The position numbers were made by a program, and so were the translations under genes. Below are positions 18,069-26,360 of a stretch of DNA of 64,000 nt, one piece after another; position 1 is the stretch's first letter, and each line of letters opens with the position of its first letter. Location of the stretch: positions 124,001-188,000 of IMG/VR virus record IMGVR_UViG_3300017963_000192; one strand, 5' to 3'. The notes beneath the pieces were generated by a model, which made no database searches, had not been told where the DNA came from, and was given only the letters and a program-made list of their open reading frames with translations.

Positions 18069-18094
18069 TTAAATCTCCGTGTATTTATTTCATC

Positions 18095-19162
18095 TTATCT
18101 TAAAGGTTCTACTACGACTTCTTCTACGCCTTGTGCCTTTTCTTCTTCTGTTATTTCTTCTTCTTCTGGACTTTTGTAATACGTAAATTTAACAAAACCC
18201 AAATCTTTTACCATATTTTCAAAATTATCAACGAAGAATATTACATCTTTTAATCGAATATCATTTCTTTGACCTTTCGATTTTGGTGTAATAAAAGATG
18301 TTCCTGCTGGTTGGAATGCCATATAAACCCAAACACAAGTTCTACACAAATTTTCAACATAATTCCAATAATCTTCTTTTATTCCTGTATAATCTATTGT
18401 CCCATCTTCACGTTTAACATAACCATCAAAAAACCTTTCTGGATGTGTTAAGTACCTATCATTAATAAGTTTATTTAAATGTAAAGCCCTTTCCATTCCT
18501 GATTCTAAAAGTTTTTTAATTCTTTCCATTCTCTCTCTTTGAAGTGGTGTTACTGCCATTATTCCAGGAGATTTAAACTTTTGACCAACCTCTTCTTCTG
18601 TTTTAGCATGGGGACTTCCTGGGGGACTTTTTAATTTCTTGCCTCTCGTTTTTTGTTTCTTTTCTGCTACGTTAATCATCCAGTCTAACATTGGAATTTT
18701 TTGTTCAAGTACCGCAATAGTTTCTAATATTCTACTTCCTAAAGTACCCCTTAATTCTTTTGCACCTTCAGTAATTTCATCAGAAGTTTGATCGCCTACA
18801 ATATCTTTCATCATCTCTTTACACCTGTCAACATAATTTCTGTAATAGGAAAGAGTTTCTTCAACGTAGCGTGTTTTTTCTTCTTTCTCCGCTTTTTCTA
18901 CTCTAGCCTTTAAATCCTCGCTTTCAGCTATGCCTATTCCACCCTGTAACAATATAGGGTCATCCCATATTTTAAAATCTTCTTCAGTTTCTTGAGTTTC
19001 TTGTTGTTGGGTTTCTTCTTCTTGGGTATCTGAAAATTTAAGAATATTACTATTAACAAGTGCATCCTTAATAAGAATATCAAGTTCTTTTTCGGTAATA
19101 ACATCAACGTATGGAAATAACTCTTCTGAAATAATCTCAACAATTAATCTTTCAACATCCAT
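18095..19162 (-). CDS. hypothetical protein
   Basis: 355-aa ORF with GGAG RBS, upstream of portal. Confidence 0.6.
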   Translation of the reverse strand: MDVERLIVEIISEELFPYVDVITEKELDILIKDALVNSNILKFSDTQEEETQQQETQETEEDFKIWDDPILLQGGIGIAESEDLKARVEKAEKEEKTRYVEETLSYYRNYVDRCKEMMKDIVGDQTSDEITEGAKELRGTLGSRILETIAVLEQKIPMLDWMINVAEKKQKTRGKKLKSPPGSPHAKTEEEVGQKFKSPGIMAVTPLQRERMERIKKLLESGMERALHLNKLINDRYLTHPERFFDGYVKREDGTIDYTGIKEDYWNYVENLCRTCVWVYMAFQPAGTSFITPKSKGQRNDIRLKDVIFFVDNFENMVKDLGFVKFTYYKSPEEEEITEEEKAQGVEEVVVEPLR

Positions 19163-19182
19163 ATCAACTCTCCACTATATCA

Positions 19183-19746
19183 TTAATATTCAATAGTTGG
19201 AAGGGGTTCTTCTATACCACCACCTATTCCCTCTTCCATAATCTCAGCAACGCCTTCATCAAAATATTGTTGAATAACATTTTCATTAACATAAAGGACT
19301 TTTCCACTATCTGTTCTAATTCCTATTTTACCATCGTCTCTTGGACCAACTATTTCGTAGAACTGATTTCTTTTAAAATACTTATCTAGTTGAGGATGGG
19401 ATTTTGTATATAAAATCTCATTTTCTAAAACATTTTCTTCAACTTCTGGTTGTAACTGTTTTCTTTCTGGTTCAATAGTTTTAAATCTACCCATTTCTTC
19501 TGGGCTTAAAACATCTTCTGCACCTATACCTTCAATGTCACCATACGTATCCTCTTCTTCAATAACAGCAAACTTTAATGTTCTTCCATCGTTTATGATA
19601 AAAGAAAGAACCACCAAATCATCTTCAACATCTATTGAATAACTTTCAACAACATCATCCAATGCTGATTCACCTATTAAATAAGCTTCCTCTAAATTAT
19701 CTACAGTTAAAATACCACCTTGTGAGTCTATTACTTCACTTTTCAT
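19183..19746 (-). CDS. hypothetical acidic protein, possible SH3-like C-terminal domain
   Basis: GGAGG RBS; YEIVG..IGIRTDSGKVLYV. Confidence 0.55.
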   Translation of the reverse strand: MKSEVIDSQGGILTVDNLEEAYLIGESALDDVVESYSIDVEDDLVVLSFIINDGRTLKFAVIEEEDTYGDIEGIGAEDVLSPEEMGRFKTIEPERKQLQPEVEENVLENEILYTKSHPQLDKYFKRNQFYEIVGPRDDGKIGIRTDSGKVLYVNENVIQQYFDEGVAEIMEEGIGGGIEEPLPTIEY

Positions 19747-19762
19747 TACTATCCTCCATAAA

Positions 19763-20188
19763 TTAATCTTCAGTACTTAGCATACTATCTAAAATTTCAG
19801 ACTCTTTATTTAAATGTAATAGTTCAATATCTTGAGCTAACCGAACTATGATATCATCAACAGAATCTTTAGTATTAATTTTACTTACTTTATTAGCATC
19901 AATTTCTCGACACTCACCAAGAATCTCAACTTGCACATACTCTCTATTAATATCTCCTCCCATACCAACAACTCTACCCACAGACGTATTGCTAATGGCA
20001 CGAACTATATCACAATTTTCTCTAGGTGCGTCCAAAACAAAAACTTCATCACCTATACAAATGTCTCTTTCAGAAATATCTCTAATCTTCATATAAATAT
20101 CCCTTAATTTATTTATTTGCTGACTCTTTTTCTTGCTTTCTAAATACCGCAACATCGGGATGATTTTCATAAAAACCTTCAGAAACAT
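19763..20188 (-). CDS. hypothetical protein with SH3/KOW-like domain
   Basis: ICIGDEVFV..VGRVVG..VQVEI. Confidence 0.5.
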   Translation of the reverse strand: MFLKVFMKIIPMLRYLESKKKSQQINKLRDIYMKIRDISERDICIGDEVFVLDAPRENCDIVRAISNTSVGRVVGMGGDINREYVQVEILGECREIDANKVSKINTKDSVDDIIVRLAQDIELLHLNKESEILDSMLSTED

Positions 20189-20462
20189 CTTTTGATACTC
20201 GAAGTATTACATCAACAGATGTATCTCCCTTTTCGTTATACTTTAACATACACTTTTCAGCCATCTTAACTTGATCACTAGGGAATTTTTCTTTATACAT
20301 ATCCGATGCAACAGTCTCAAAAGGATGTTCAGTTAGAAGACCTCTCTTTCCTATTCCCTTAAAAGATGTTCTAACATATCTTAAAAGGTTATATTCTATA
20401 AGATCTTTTTGAGAAAAAGATACTAAACCTTTACCAGAATTTAATTTTGTTACTTCAGCCAT
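20109..20462 (-). CDS. hypothetical protein, first gene of the leftward late operon
   Basis: AAGGAG RBS; upstream CTTAAAATT motif. Confidence 0.6.
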   Translation of the reverse strand: MAEVTKLNSGKGLVSFSQKDLIEYNLLRYVRTSFKGIGKRGLLTEHPFETVASDMYKEKFPSDQVKMAEKCMLKYNEKGDTSVDVILRVSKDVSEGFYENHPDVAVFRKQEKESANK

Positions 20463-20577
20463 TTCGCTTCTCCTTATACGAGATTCTTTTTACCTTATAA
20501 ATTATAAGAAGAAATGTTTGAATTTTAAGTGATGATTATTGATTTTAATTAATTAATACATAAAAAATAATGAAGCA

Positions 20578-20614
20578 AAAAAAATCCTTGAGGGGCGACT
20601 CCCAAGGATTTTTT
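20578..20614 (-). terminator. intrinsic terminator downstream of HTH gene
   Basis: AAAAATCCTTG..CAAGGATTTTT hairpin. Confidence 0.65.
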
Positions 20615-20703
20615 AGAGGATTTAACACCTTCTTATTAAGTCATTTAATAAAAGTAGGTTAAGGTTGCACCTTAAATAATATATGCTTATTGTCAATAAA
20701 AAT

Positions 20704-21294
20704 TCAAAATGAACTGAATAAAAATTTTTCTTCTTCAAGAATTTTAGGAATGTCTGGTAAATCTACTACAATATCTTTGTATCTTGGATTTTCAATGTTA
20801 TCTTTTATTTTATTAACAACATTCTTCTTGTCTCTAGGATCGATTAACCCTTTATATTCTGAAATCAGATTTAATAATCTCTTTCTTCGTATCAATACTA
20901 TTAAAGTATTCATAAATGTTGAGTCCGGTAATGGGTTTAGGTTGACTTTATATAAATTATTTTTAAATTTTCTTTTAATTCTACTAATTAATCGTACTTT
21001 CTCTAATTCTTCAATTCTTCGTATCTGTGTTCTAATAGATGTTCCTAAAGATTTAGAAATATAATCCAAAGAAACATTAATCTCATCTTTTCCTGTTTTT
21101 GATTGACTAAATTGAGCCATTTCTTTAAGAAAATAGTAAGTTTCCTTTTCTTTAGGAGAAATAATCTTATATCCAAGAAGAACATAAGAGTTCATTTGAC
21201 CTATTTCTATAATAGGGTGCTCCTTTAAAAGGATTTGAAGTCTTTTTAGTTGAGATTCTTTAGACAATAAGAACCATTGATTGTTTTTATCCAT
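20704..21294 (-). CDS. winged-HTH replication-initiator-like protein (paralog 1)
   Basis: SPKEKETYYFL..VSLDYISKSLGTSIRTQIRRIEELEKVRLI..NLYKV; start MDKNN with GGAG RBS; adjacent to iterons. Confidence 0.65.
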   Translation of the reverse strand: MDKNNQWFLLSKESQLKRLQILLKEHPIIEIGQMNSYVLLGYKIISPKEKETYYFLKEMAQFSQSKTGKDEINVSLDYISKSLGTSIRTQIRRIEELEKVRLISRIKRKFKNNLYKVNLNPLPDSTFMNTLIVLIRRKRLLNLISEYKGLIDPRDKKNVVNKIKDNIENPRYKDIVVDLPDIPKILEEEKFLFSSF

Positions 21295-21396
21295 AAGACG
21301 CTCCGATATCATCAAAATAGAGAAAAATAGAGAAACTTTAACACACAATATAATAACCTTTTATTAAAAAGGATATTTTGTCAATAAAAAAACAGA

Positions 21397-21580
21397 GTGA
21401 CAGTTCTGTCACCTATGAAGTGACAGTTCTGTCACCTATAGAGTGACAAGGTTGTCACTCTATAGAGTGACAAGGTTGTCACTACAGGCAAAAGTCCCAC
21501 TTTCCCCCGTAGTGACAGTTTTGTCACAAAAATGCCGATTTTTGAAGTCCCACTTTCCCCCGTAGTGACAGAACTGTCAC
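21397..21580. repeat. six palindromic GTGACA-N4-TGTCAC repeats plus a 27-nt direct repeat; probable replication origin or parS-like site
   Basis: copies start at 21397, 21420, 21443, 21467, 21512, 21565; AAGTCCCACTTTCCCCCGTAGTGACAG at 21492 and 21545; AT-rich flank; at the strand switch. Confidence 0.8.
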
Positions 21581-21780
21581 TCTATTATTATCTGATATAT
21601 AAGAATATTATTAGTTGATATATGCAAAAATTTTTTAGGGGGGAAATTTTAAGATAGGGAAAGAAAAGAAAAAAACCATCTTAAAACTTTCTTATAAAAA
21701 AAAGATTGCAAAAAAACCCGCCCCCTTGTATGTTGTCCATACGACATAGTTATTAAAATAAAGTTTATGGAGGTGAAAAA

Positions 21781-21978
21781 GTGAAAGTAAGTGATTCCTC
21801 TCAAAAGGAATACAAAACAGGGATTCATGTAACTTTGCCATTGTCTCTTGTTGAGAGAATGGACATGTTTTTAATGAACTCTAAAGAGGCTAGTACAAGA
21901 AGTTCGTTACTAGCAGATATATTATCAACATTTTTAGATAATGTTGATAATAAAAATGATGAGATTAAACAATATTAA
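21781..21978 (+). CDS. ribbon-helix-helix (CopG-like) regulator
   Basis: IHVTLPLSLVERMD..TRSSLLADIL; GGAGGT RBS. Confidence 0.7.
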   Translation: MKVSDSSQKEYKTGIHVTLPLSLVERMDMFLMNSKEASTRSSLLADILSTFLDNVDNKNDEIKQY

Positions 21979-21996
21979 ATTAAAGGAGGTTTAAAG

Positions 21997-22971
21997 ATGG
22001 AAGTGATTAATGTTTCTATTAAAAAAATCAAACCTGATCCAAATCAGCCAAGAAAGAGATTCGATGTTGATGCTCTAGAAAGGTTGAGACTCTCTGTTAA
22101 AGATGTTGGAGTGGAGCACCCAATATTAATAAGGGAGAACGGATCTGGTTACACTATTATTGACGGAGAAAGGAGATGGAAAGTTTCTAATGAATTGAAT
22201 TTAAAAACAATTCCAGGTATAGTTGTAGATACGGACAGTGCTCTCGAAGTACAGTTACGTTCAGATTGTTTGAAAGAGGGTTTAAACGTTGACGAAAAGG
22301 ACAAAGCAATTTATCTGTATTACCAACATTGGAACCCTAAAACAAAAACTATACAAAAAGAAAAAAGTGTGGATACTAGTATCCACCCTAATACATTTAG
22401 AGAAATTTCTCGTAGACTTGGTTTATCTAAAGATAGGGTTTTAATTGCGATAGATAGGTTTGAATTGAAAAATAATGATCCAGAATTTATTGAAGAGGTT
22501 GATAAAAAGTACAACCCAAAAAGCAAAAGCTCTTTTGGTACGGTTGATTCTACTATAGCAATGACAAGGGCTTTAAAAGATAAGCCAAAAGTTAGGAAGG
22601 AGCTAATTAAAGATACACTTGAGAGAAAAAAAACAGGCATTTCTAAAAATGCCGAAGTTAAAGATACTATTAAAAGATTAAAAGATCTTGAGGAGGATGA
22701 TGTTGATACTGCAAAGAAAATTCTTAAAGCGGAAAAGGCTAAAGACATGCCTGATGTTAATGTTGTTTTTAAGCGGTATGTAGATAAATACAATTCTCTA
22801 AACGTTGATTTTATGAGTAAGAACTTTGGTAAAGTTAAGGAACACATTAACGATAGTAATGTCCTAAAATTGATGAGGTTATTTGAAGAGGTTATACAAG
22901 ACGTTACTGGAAGAAAATTCATCTTTAAAGAGGCGGATTCAAATAAAGATAGAATTAAAAAATTAACATGA
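21997..22971 (+). CDS. parB: ParB/Srx-domain protein
   Basis: IKPDPNQPRKRFD, PILIR, IIDGERRW. Confidence 0.85.
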   Translation: MEVINVSIKKIKPDPNQPRKRFDVDALERLRLSVKDVGVEHPILIRENGSGYTIIDGERRWKVSNELNLKTIPGIVVDTDSALEVQLRSDCLKEGLNVDEKDKAIYLYYQHWNPKTKTIQKEKSVDTSIHPNTFREISRRLGLSKDRVLIAIDRFELKNNDPEFIEEVDKKYNPKSKSSFGTVDSTIAMTRALKDKPKVRKELIKDTLERKKTGISKNAEVKDTIKRLKDLEEDDVDTAKKILKAEKAKDMPDVNVVFKRYVDKYNSLNVDFMSKNFGKVKEHINDSNVLKLMRLFEEVIQDVTGRKFIFKEADSNKDRIKKLT

Positions 22972-22988
22972 TGTAGAGGAGAGATAAT

Positions 22989-23534
22989 ATGAAATACAAA
23001 TTGCTTGATCGTCAGAAAAAGAAAATGCTTGAGACTTGGTATAAAGACATTATTACTGATGAAGAACATAAAATTAAAAAGTGGGAACGTATAGTTGGAT
23101 GTTTTTTTGATGATAGTAGTTATACTTTAAAAGTAGGTGTTGGAGAAAAATCTCTTACAACAGAAAATGTTATGGATGAACTTGATATAAAATCAACCCC
23201 AAAAAACAGGAGATCTACTCAAGTCGATATTAATTATGCAATGAAAAAATTGCGTAGTTTTGGTGCTCCAGCAGGAGGTATTAAAGTTAATAAAAATACT
23301 TATTATTACATTGCAAAGACAGATAATGAAGTTTCTATGTTGCAAGCTAAAAATGAGAAACGTTTGTTAGGGCATTGTAAGACGTATCTATCTTTAATGG
23401 AGCCAGAGAGTTCTACTGACAGAACATACGCTGTTTTGGAGAATTTTATTGATTCTATTGAAAAAGGGTTAAGACAAAAAGAATCCAAACAGAAAAGATT
23501 ACTTACTTTAACAAGTAGAAGATTGTCAAGATAA
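22989..23534 (+). CDS. hypothetical (possible wHTH) protein
   Basis: 181-aa ORF, GAGGAG RBS. Confidence 0.55.
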   Translation: MKYKLLDRQKKKMLETWYKDIITDEEHKIKKWERIVGCFFDDSSYTLKVGVGEKSLTTENVMDELDIKSTPKNRRSTQVDINYAMKKLRSFGAPAGGIKVNKNTYYYIAKTDNEVSMLQAKNEKRLLGHCKTYLSLMEPESSTDRTYAVLENFIDSIEKGLRQKESKQKRLLTLTSRRLSR

Positions 23535-23545
23535 TAATTATTAAT

Positions 23546-23581
23546 AAAAAACCCGATAATTTAGGTATTATCGGGTTTTTT
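23546..23581 (+). terminator. intrinsic terminator followed by a TTGACA -35 element
   Basis: AAAAAACCCGATAAT..ATTATCGGGTTTTTT. Confidence 0.75.
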
Positions 23582-23689
23582 CTTGACAAAAATTTAATGC
23601 ATCCTAACATATAGTTCTTCAAATCGGACAGTTTCCTTGTCCGTAATAGAAAGTACAACTGTGTGTAGTAAAAAATAAAGGAGCAGCTT

Positions 23690-24607
23690 ATGAATGTAGT
23701 CCAAGTTCCTCTCGATGTCATTGGTATTGATGAAAACCAGCCCAGAAAATATTTTGATGAAGATGCCTTAAATAGTCTTAAAGAATCAATCTTAGAAGAA
23801 GGTATAAGAGTTCCTTTATTAATTAGGAAGGAACTCGGATACGAGACAGGTTATTTACTTGTAGATGGTGAAAGAAGATTTAGAGTTGCTGTTGAGTTGG
23901 ATTTAGAAGACGTTCCTTGTATCGTGGAAGAGACTGATGGGACTGATGTTGAAATTTTTGAAACACAATTACGTCTGGACTGTTTGAAAGAGAAACTTTC
24001 TTCTGAAGAATTGGATAATGCACTTCATAAGTATTGGGGTTTGCTAGGGAATCTTTCAGAGGAAGACATACCAATCCCAAAAACAAACCAAGGGGATTGG
24101 AGAATACCTTATATGTCAAAGCGTATAGGAATTTCTTATACTAGAATTAAAATGGCATTAGATAAACAGGATTTTAAAGAGAGAAACAGAGAGTTTCATA
24201 AAAAGATAAAAGATAAAATAGAGAATAGTGGTGAATCTGAAAAAGAGAACAAAAAATATAATAGGATATTGGAAGAAACTAACAGAATAGCTAATTTAAG
24301 AAATAATGATGAAACTCGAAAAGAAATAATAGATGAATACATTAAGGAAAATGTTCCAGACAATACTCATGAGTTAAGAGAGAAGTTAAGAGAAATTAGT
24401 GAGACGGAGCAACCTTCTAGAGAGACAATTGCCAATATTTTAGGAACACCTATTAATACAAATTCAGAACGACATAGACTAGTAAATATTTTAGAAAAGT
24501 TTAATAAAGACTTGGAAAAGGAAAAAGATAATCTTAATGAACAAGATAAAGTAAAATTAATAGAACTTCTAAAAGAGAGTTTAGAAATATTATATAGATT
24601 TCAATAA
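23690..24607 (+). CDS. parB: second ParB/Srx-domain protein
   Basis: DENQPRKYFD, PLLIR, LVDGERRFR, QLRLDCLKE (cf. QLRSDCLKE in the first copy). Confidence 0.85.
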   Translation: MNVVQVPLDVIGIDENQPRKYFDEDALNSLKESILEEGIRVPLLIRKELGYETGYLLVDGERRFRVAVELDLEDVPCIVEETDGTDVEIFETQLRLDCLKEKLSSEELDNALHKYWGLLGNLSEEDIPIPKTNQGDWRIPYMSKRIGISYTRIKMALDKQDFKERNREFHKKIKDKIENSGESEKENKKYNRILEETNRIANLRNNDETRKEIIDEYIKENVPDNTHELREKLREISETEQPSRETIANILGTPINTNSERHRLVNILEKFNKDLEKEKDNLNEQDKVKLIELLKESLEILYRFQ

Positions 24608-24626
24608 GTTTTAGCAGGAGGACATA

Positions 24627-25178
24627 ATGCCAGATGATAGGTTTAAGATAATACAACCTAAACCTAAATGTGATTTTTTAGAATCTCTTGAAGATGTTAT
24701 GGAAGAAGATATGGCTTTGTCTTTTTACGATTTCTATAGAAACATCATATCTATTGGTGGTACACCCAAAAAACATAAGAAACTTGGTGATTCTTTAACT
24801 AAAAGAAAAATCAAGAATTTGAAATATATAATATCAAATTATGGTTTAGAAAAAACAATTATGGCAATGAAAATTGTCAAAGATAAGATTGAACGTGGTG
24901 AATTACAAAAAAAAGTTTCTTCTCGGTATTTTGAAAAAATCGCATCAAATTTAAAAAATAATAAATATAAAAGCAGACCTCTTTTTAATCGTGAGATAGA
25001 ACATTCAAAAGAAGTTATTCCCATTCCTACTGAAAAAGTTACAGAAGAATATGATTCTAAATATGAAAGATTTAATTGGATGTATGAGTGTCCCAACTGT
25101 AACAAGGAAATTGATCCTTGGGAAAAACAATGTCCAGAATGCAATGTCTTTTTTAACTGGGCGGAGGTTAAAGTTTAA
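24627..25178 (+). CDS. hypothetical protein with C-terminal zinc ribbon
   Basis: CPNC..CPEC. Confidence 0.6.
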   Translation: MPDDRFKIIQPKPKCDFLESLEDVMEEDMALSFYDFYRNIISIGGTPKKHKKLGDSLTKRKIKNLKYIISNYGLEKTIMAMKIVKDKIERGELQKKVSSRYFEKIASNLKNNKYKSRPLFNREIEHSKEVIPIPTEKVTEEYDSKYERFNWMYECPNCNKEIDPWEKQCPECNVFFNWAEVKV

Positions 25179-25211
25179 ACGACTGTTTTTATTATTTATT
25201 AAAGAGGATTT

Positions 25212-26348
25212 ATGAAAAAAGTATTGTGCTTTTCTGATGTTCATTTAGGGCTTCGCACGTATAGTTATCAAAGAGAATCAGGGTTATTTGATGCCGAAAT
25301 TGAGGCAAGGATAGCTTTAGATGAAGTTTATGAAAAATCTAAAGACTCTGATATTGATATGATTATTTGTGCTGGAGATATTTTTCATACCTCTCATCCA
25401 ACCTCAAAGAATATTGAATTTTTCATTGGTTGGTTAAAGAAAATGGATTCTCTTGGTAAGAGGTTTTATATAATACCAGGAAATCACGATGTTAGTGACC
25501 ATTCTCATTCAATAATTTTTATGAATAAATTAAAATTAAATAATATTTATCTTGTTGACTCAAATACTGAAACAAACGGGGCATCTGCATATTCAAAATT
25601 TGGAGATTGGACTATTCTTTTTGTTCCTTATCTTCCTTACGAGACTTCAAAAGAAAAAGATTTACCCACTTTTAATATGGTTAAGGAATTAATAAGCAAA
25701 CCTTTTGATAAAGTTATACTAGTAACTCACATTCACGAGGCGGAGGCTAAAACTGGTAGTGAAGGAGTTATGTTAGCAAGACGTGTGGCTAATATGAACT
25801 TTGATGAGTTTAATAAAAAGATGATATTATTAACCGGACATATTCATCGACATCAAGTATACACAAAAAAGAAGGGAACTATGGTTGTATATCCAGGATC
25901 ACTTTTTTATAACGATTATTCAGATGTTAATCAAGATAAGGGATATGTATTAATAGATGAATCTGGAAATATTGAGTTTAAAGCACTTCAAAACATCAGA
26001 AAATTTGTATTTTATACAATATCAAAGGACAGAGACGTATTTGAATTCTTTAATGGTTTTAGAATAGGTACGAATAAGGTAGTGTTTTTGAAAATAGAGC
26101 AAGATGATAGAGTGAATGAAAGAGATTTGAGGGAGCTTTTAAAAGAAAAAGGTTGTACTTTAGGTAAAGTCTTTTACAAAAAAGAAGATATTGAAGAAGT
26201 AGATACGGATATTGATTTAGAAGAAAGCGATCCTTTTATAATATTTGATGAAGATATTAAGGAATGGACAGAAAAAGAGGGTAAAAAAGACATTTTAGAG
26301 GACTTTATCGAAATCGGACACCAGTGTTTGGGAGAAGCTATAAAATAA
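25212..26348 (+). CDS. sbcD: Mre11/SbcD nuclease
   Basis: FSDVHLG, AGDIFH, PGNHD, TH, GHIH, YPGS. Confidence 0.9.
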   Translation: MKKVLCFSDVHLGLRTYSYQRESGLFDAEIEARIALDEVYEKSKDSDIDMIICAGDIFHTSHPTSKNIEFFIGWLKKMDSLGKRFYIIPGNHDVSDHSHSIIFMNKLKLNNIYLVDSNTETNGASAYSKFGDWTILFVPYLPYETSKEKDLPTFNMVKELISKPFDKVILVTHIHEAEAKTGSEGVMLARRVANMNFDEFNKKMILLTGHIHRHQVYTKKKGTMVVYPGSLFYNDYSDVNQDKGYVLIDESGNIEFKALQNIRKFVFYTISKDRDVFEFFNGFRIGTNKVVFLKIEQDDRVNERDLRELLKEKGCTLGKVFYKKEDIEEVDTDIDLEESDPFIIFDEDIKEWTEKEGKKDILEDFIEIGHQCLGEAIK

Positions 26349-26360
26349 AAGGAGAGAATC

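Noticed and set aside
21397-21580. CRP sites or a mini-CRISPR
   Set aside because: Spacing is GTGA-N8-TCAC rather than TGTGA-N6-TCACA; intervening sequences are too short and not unique.
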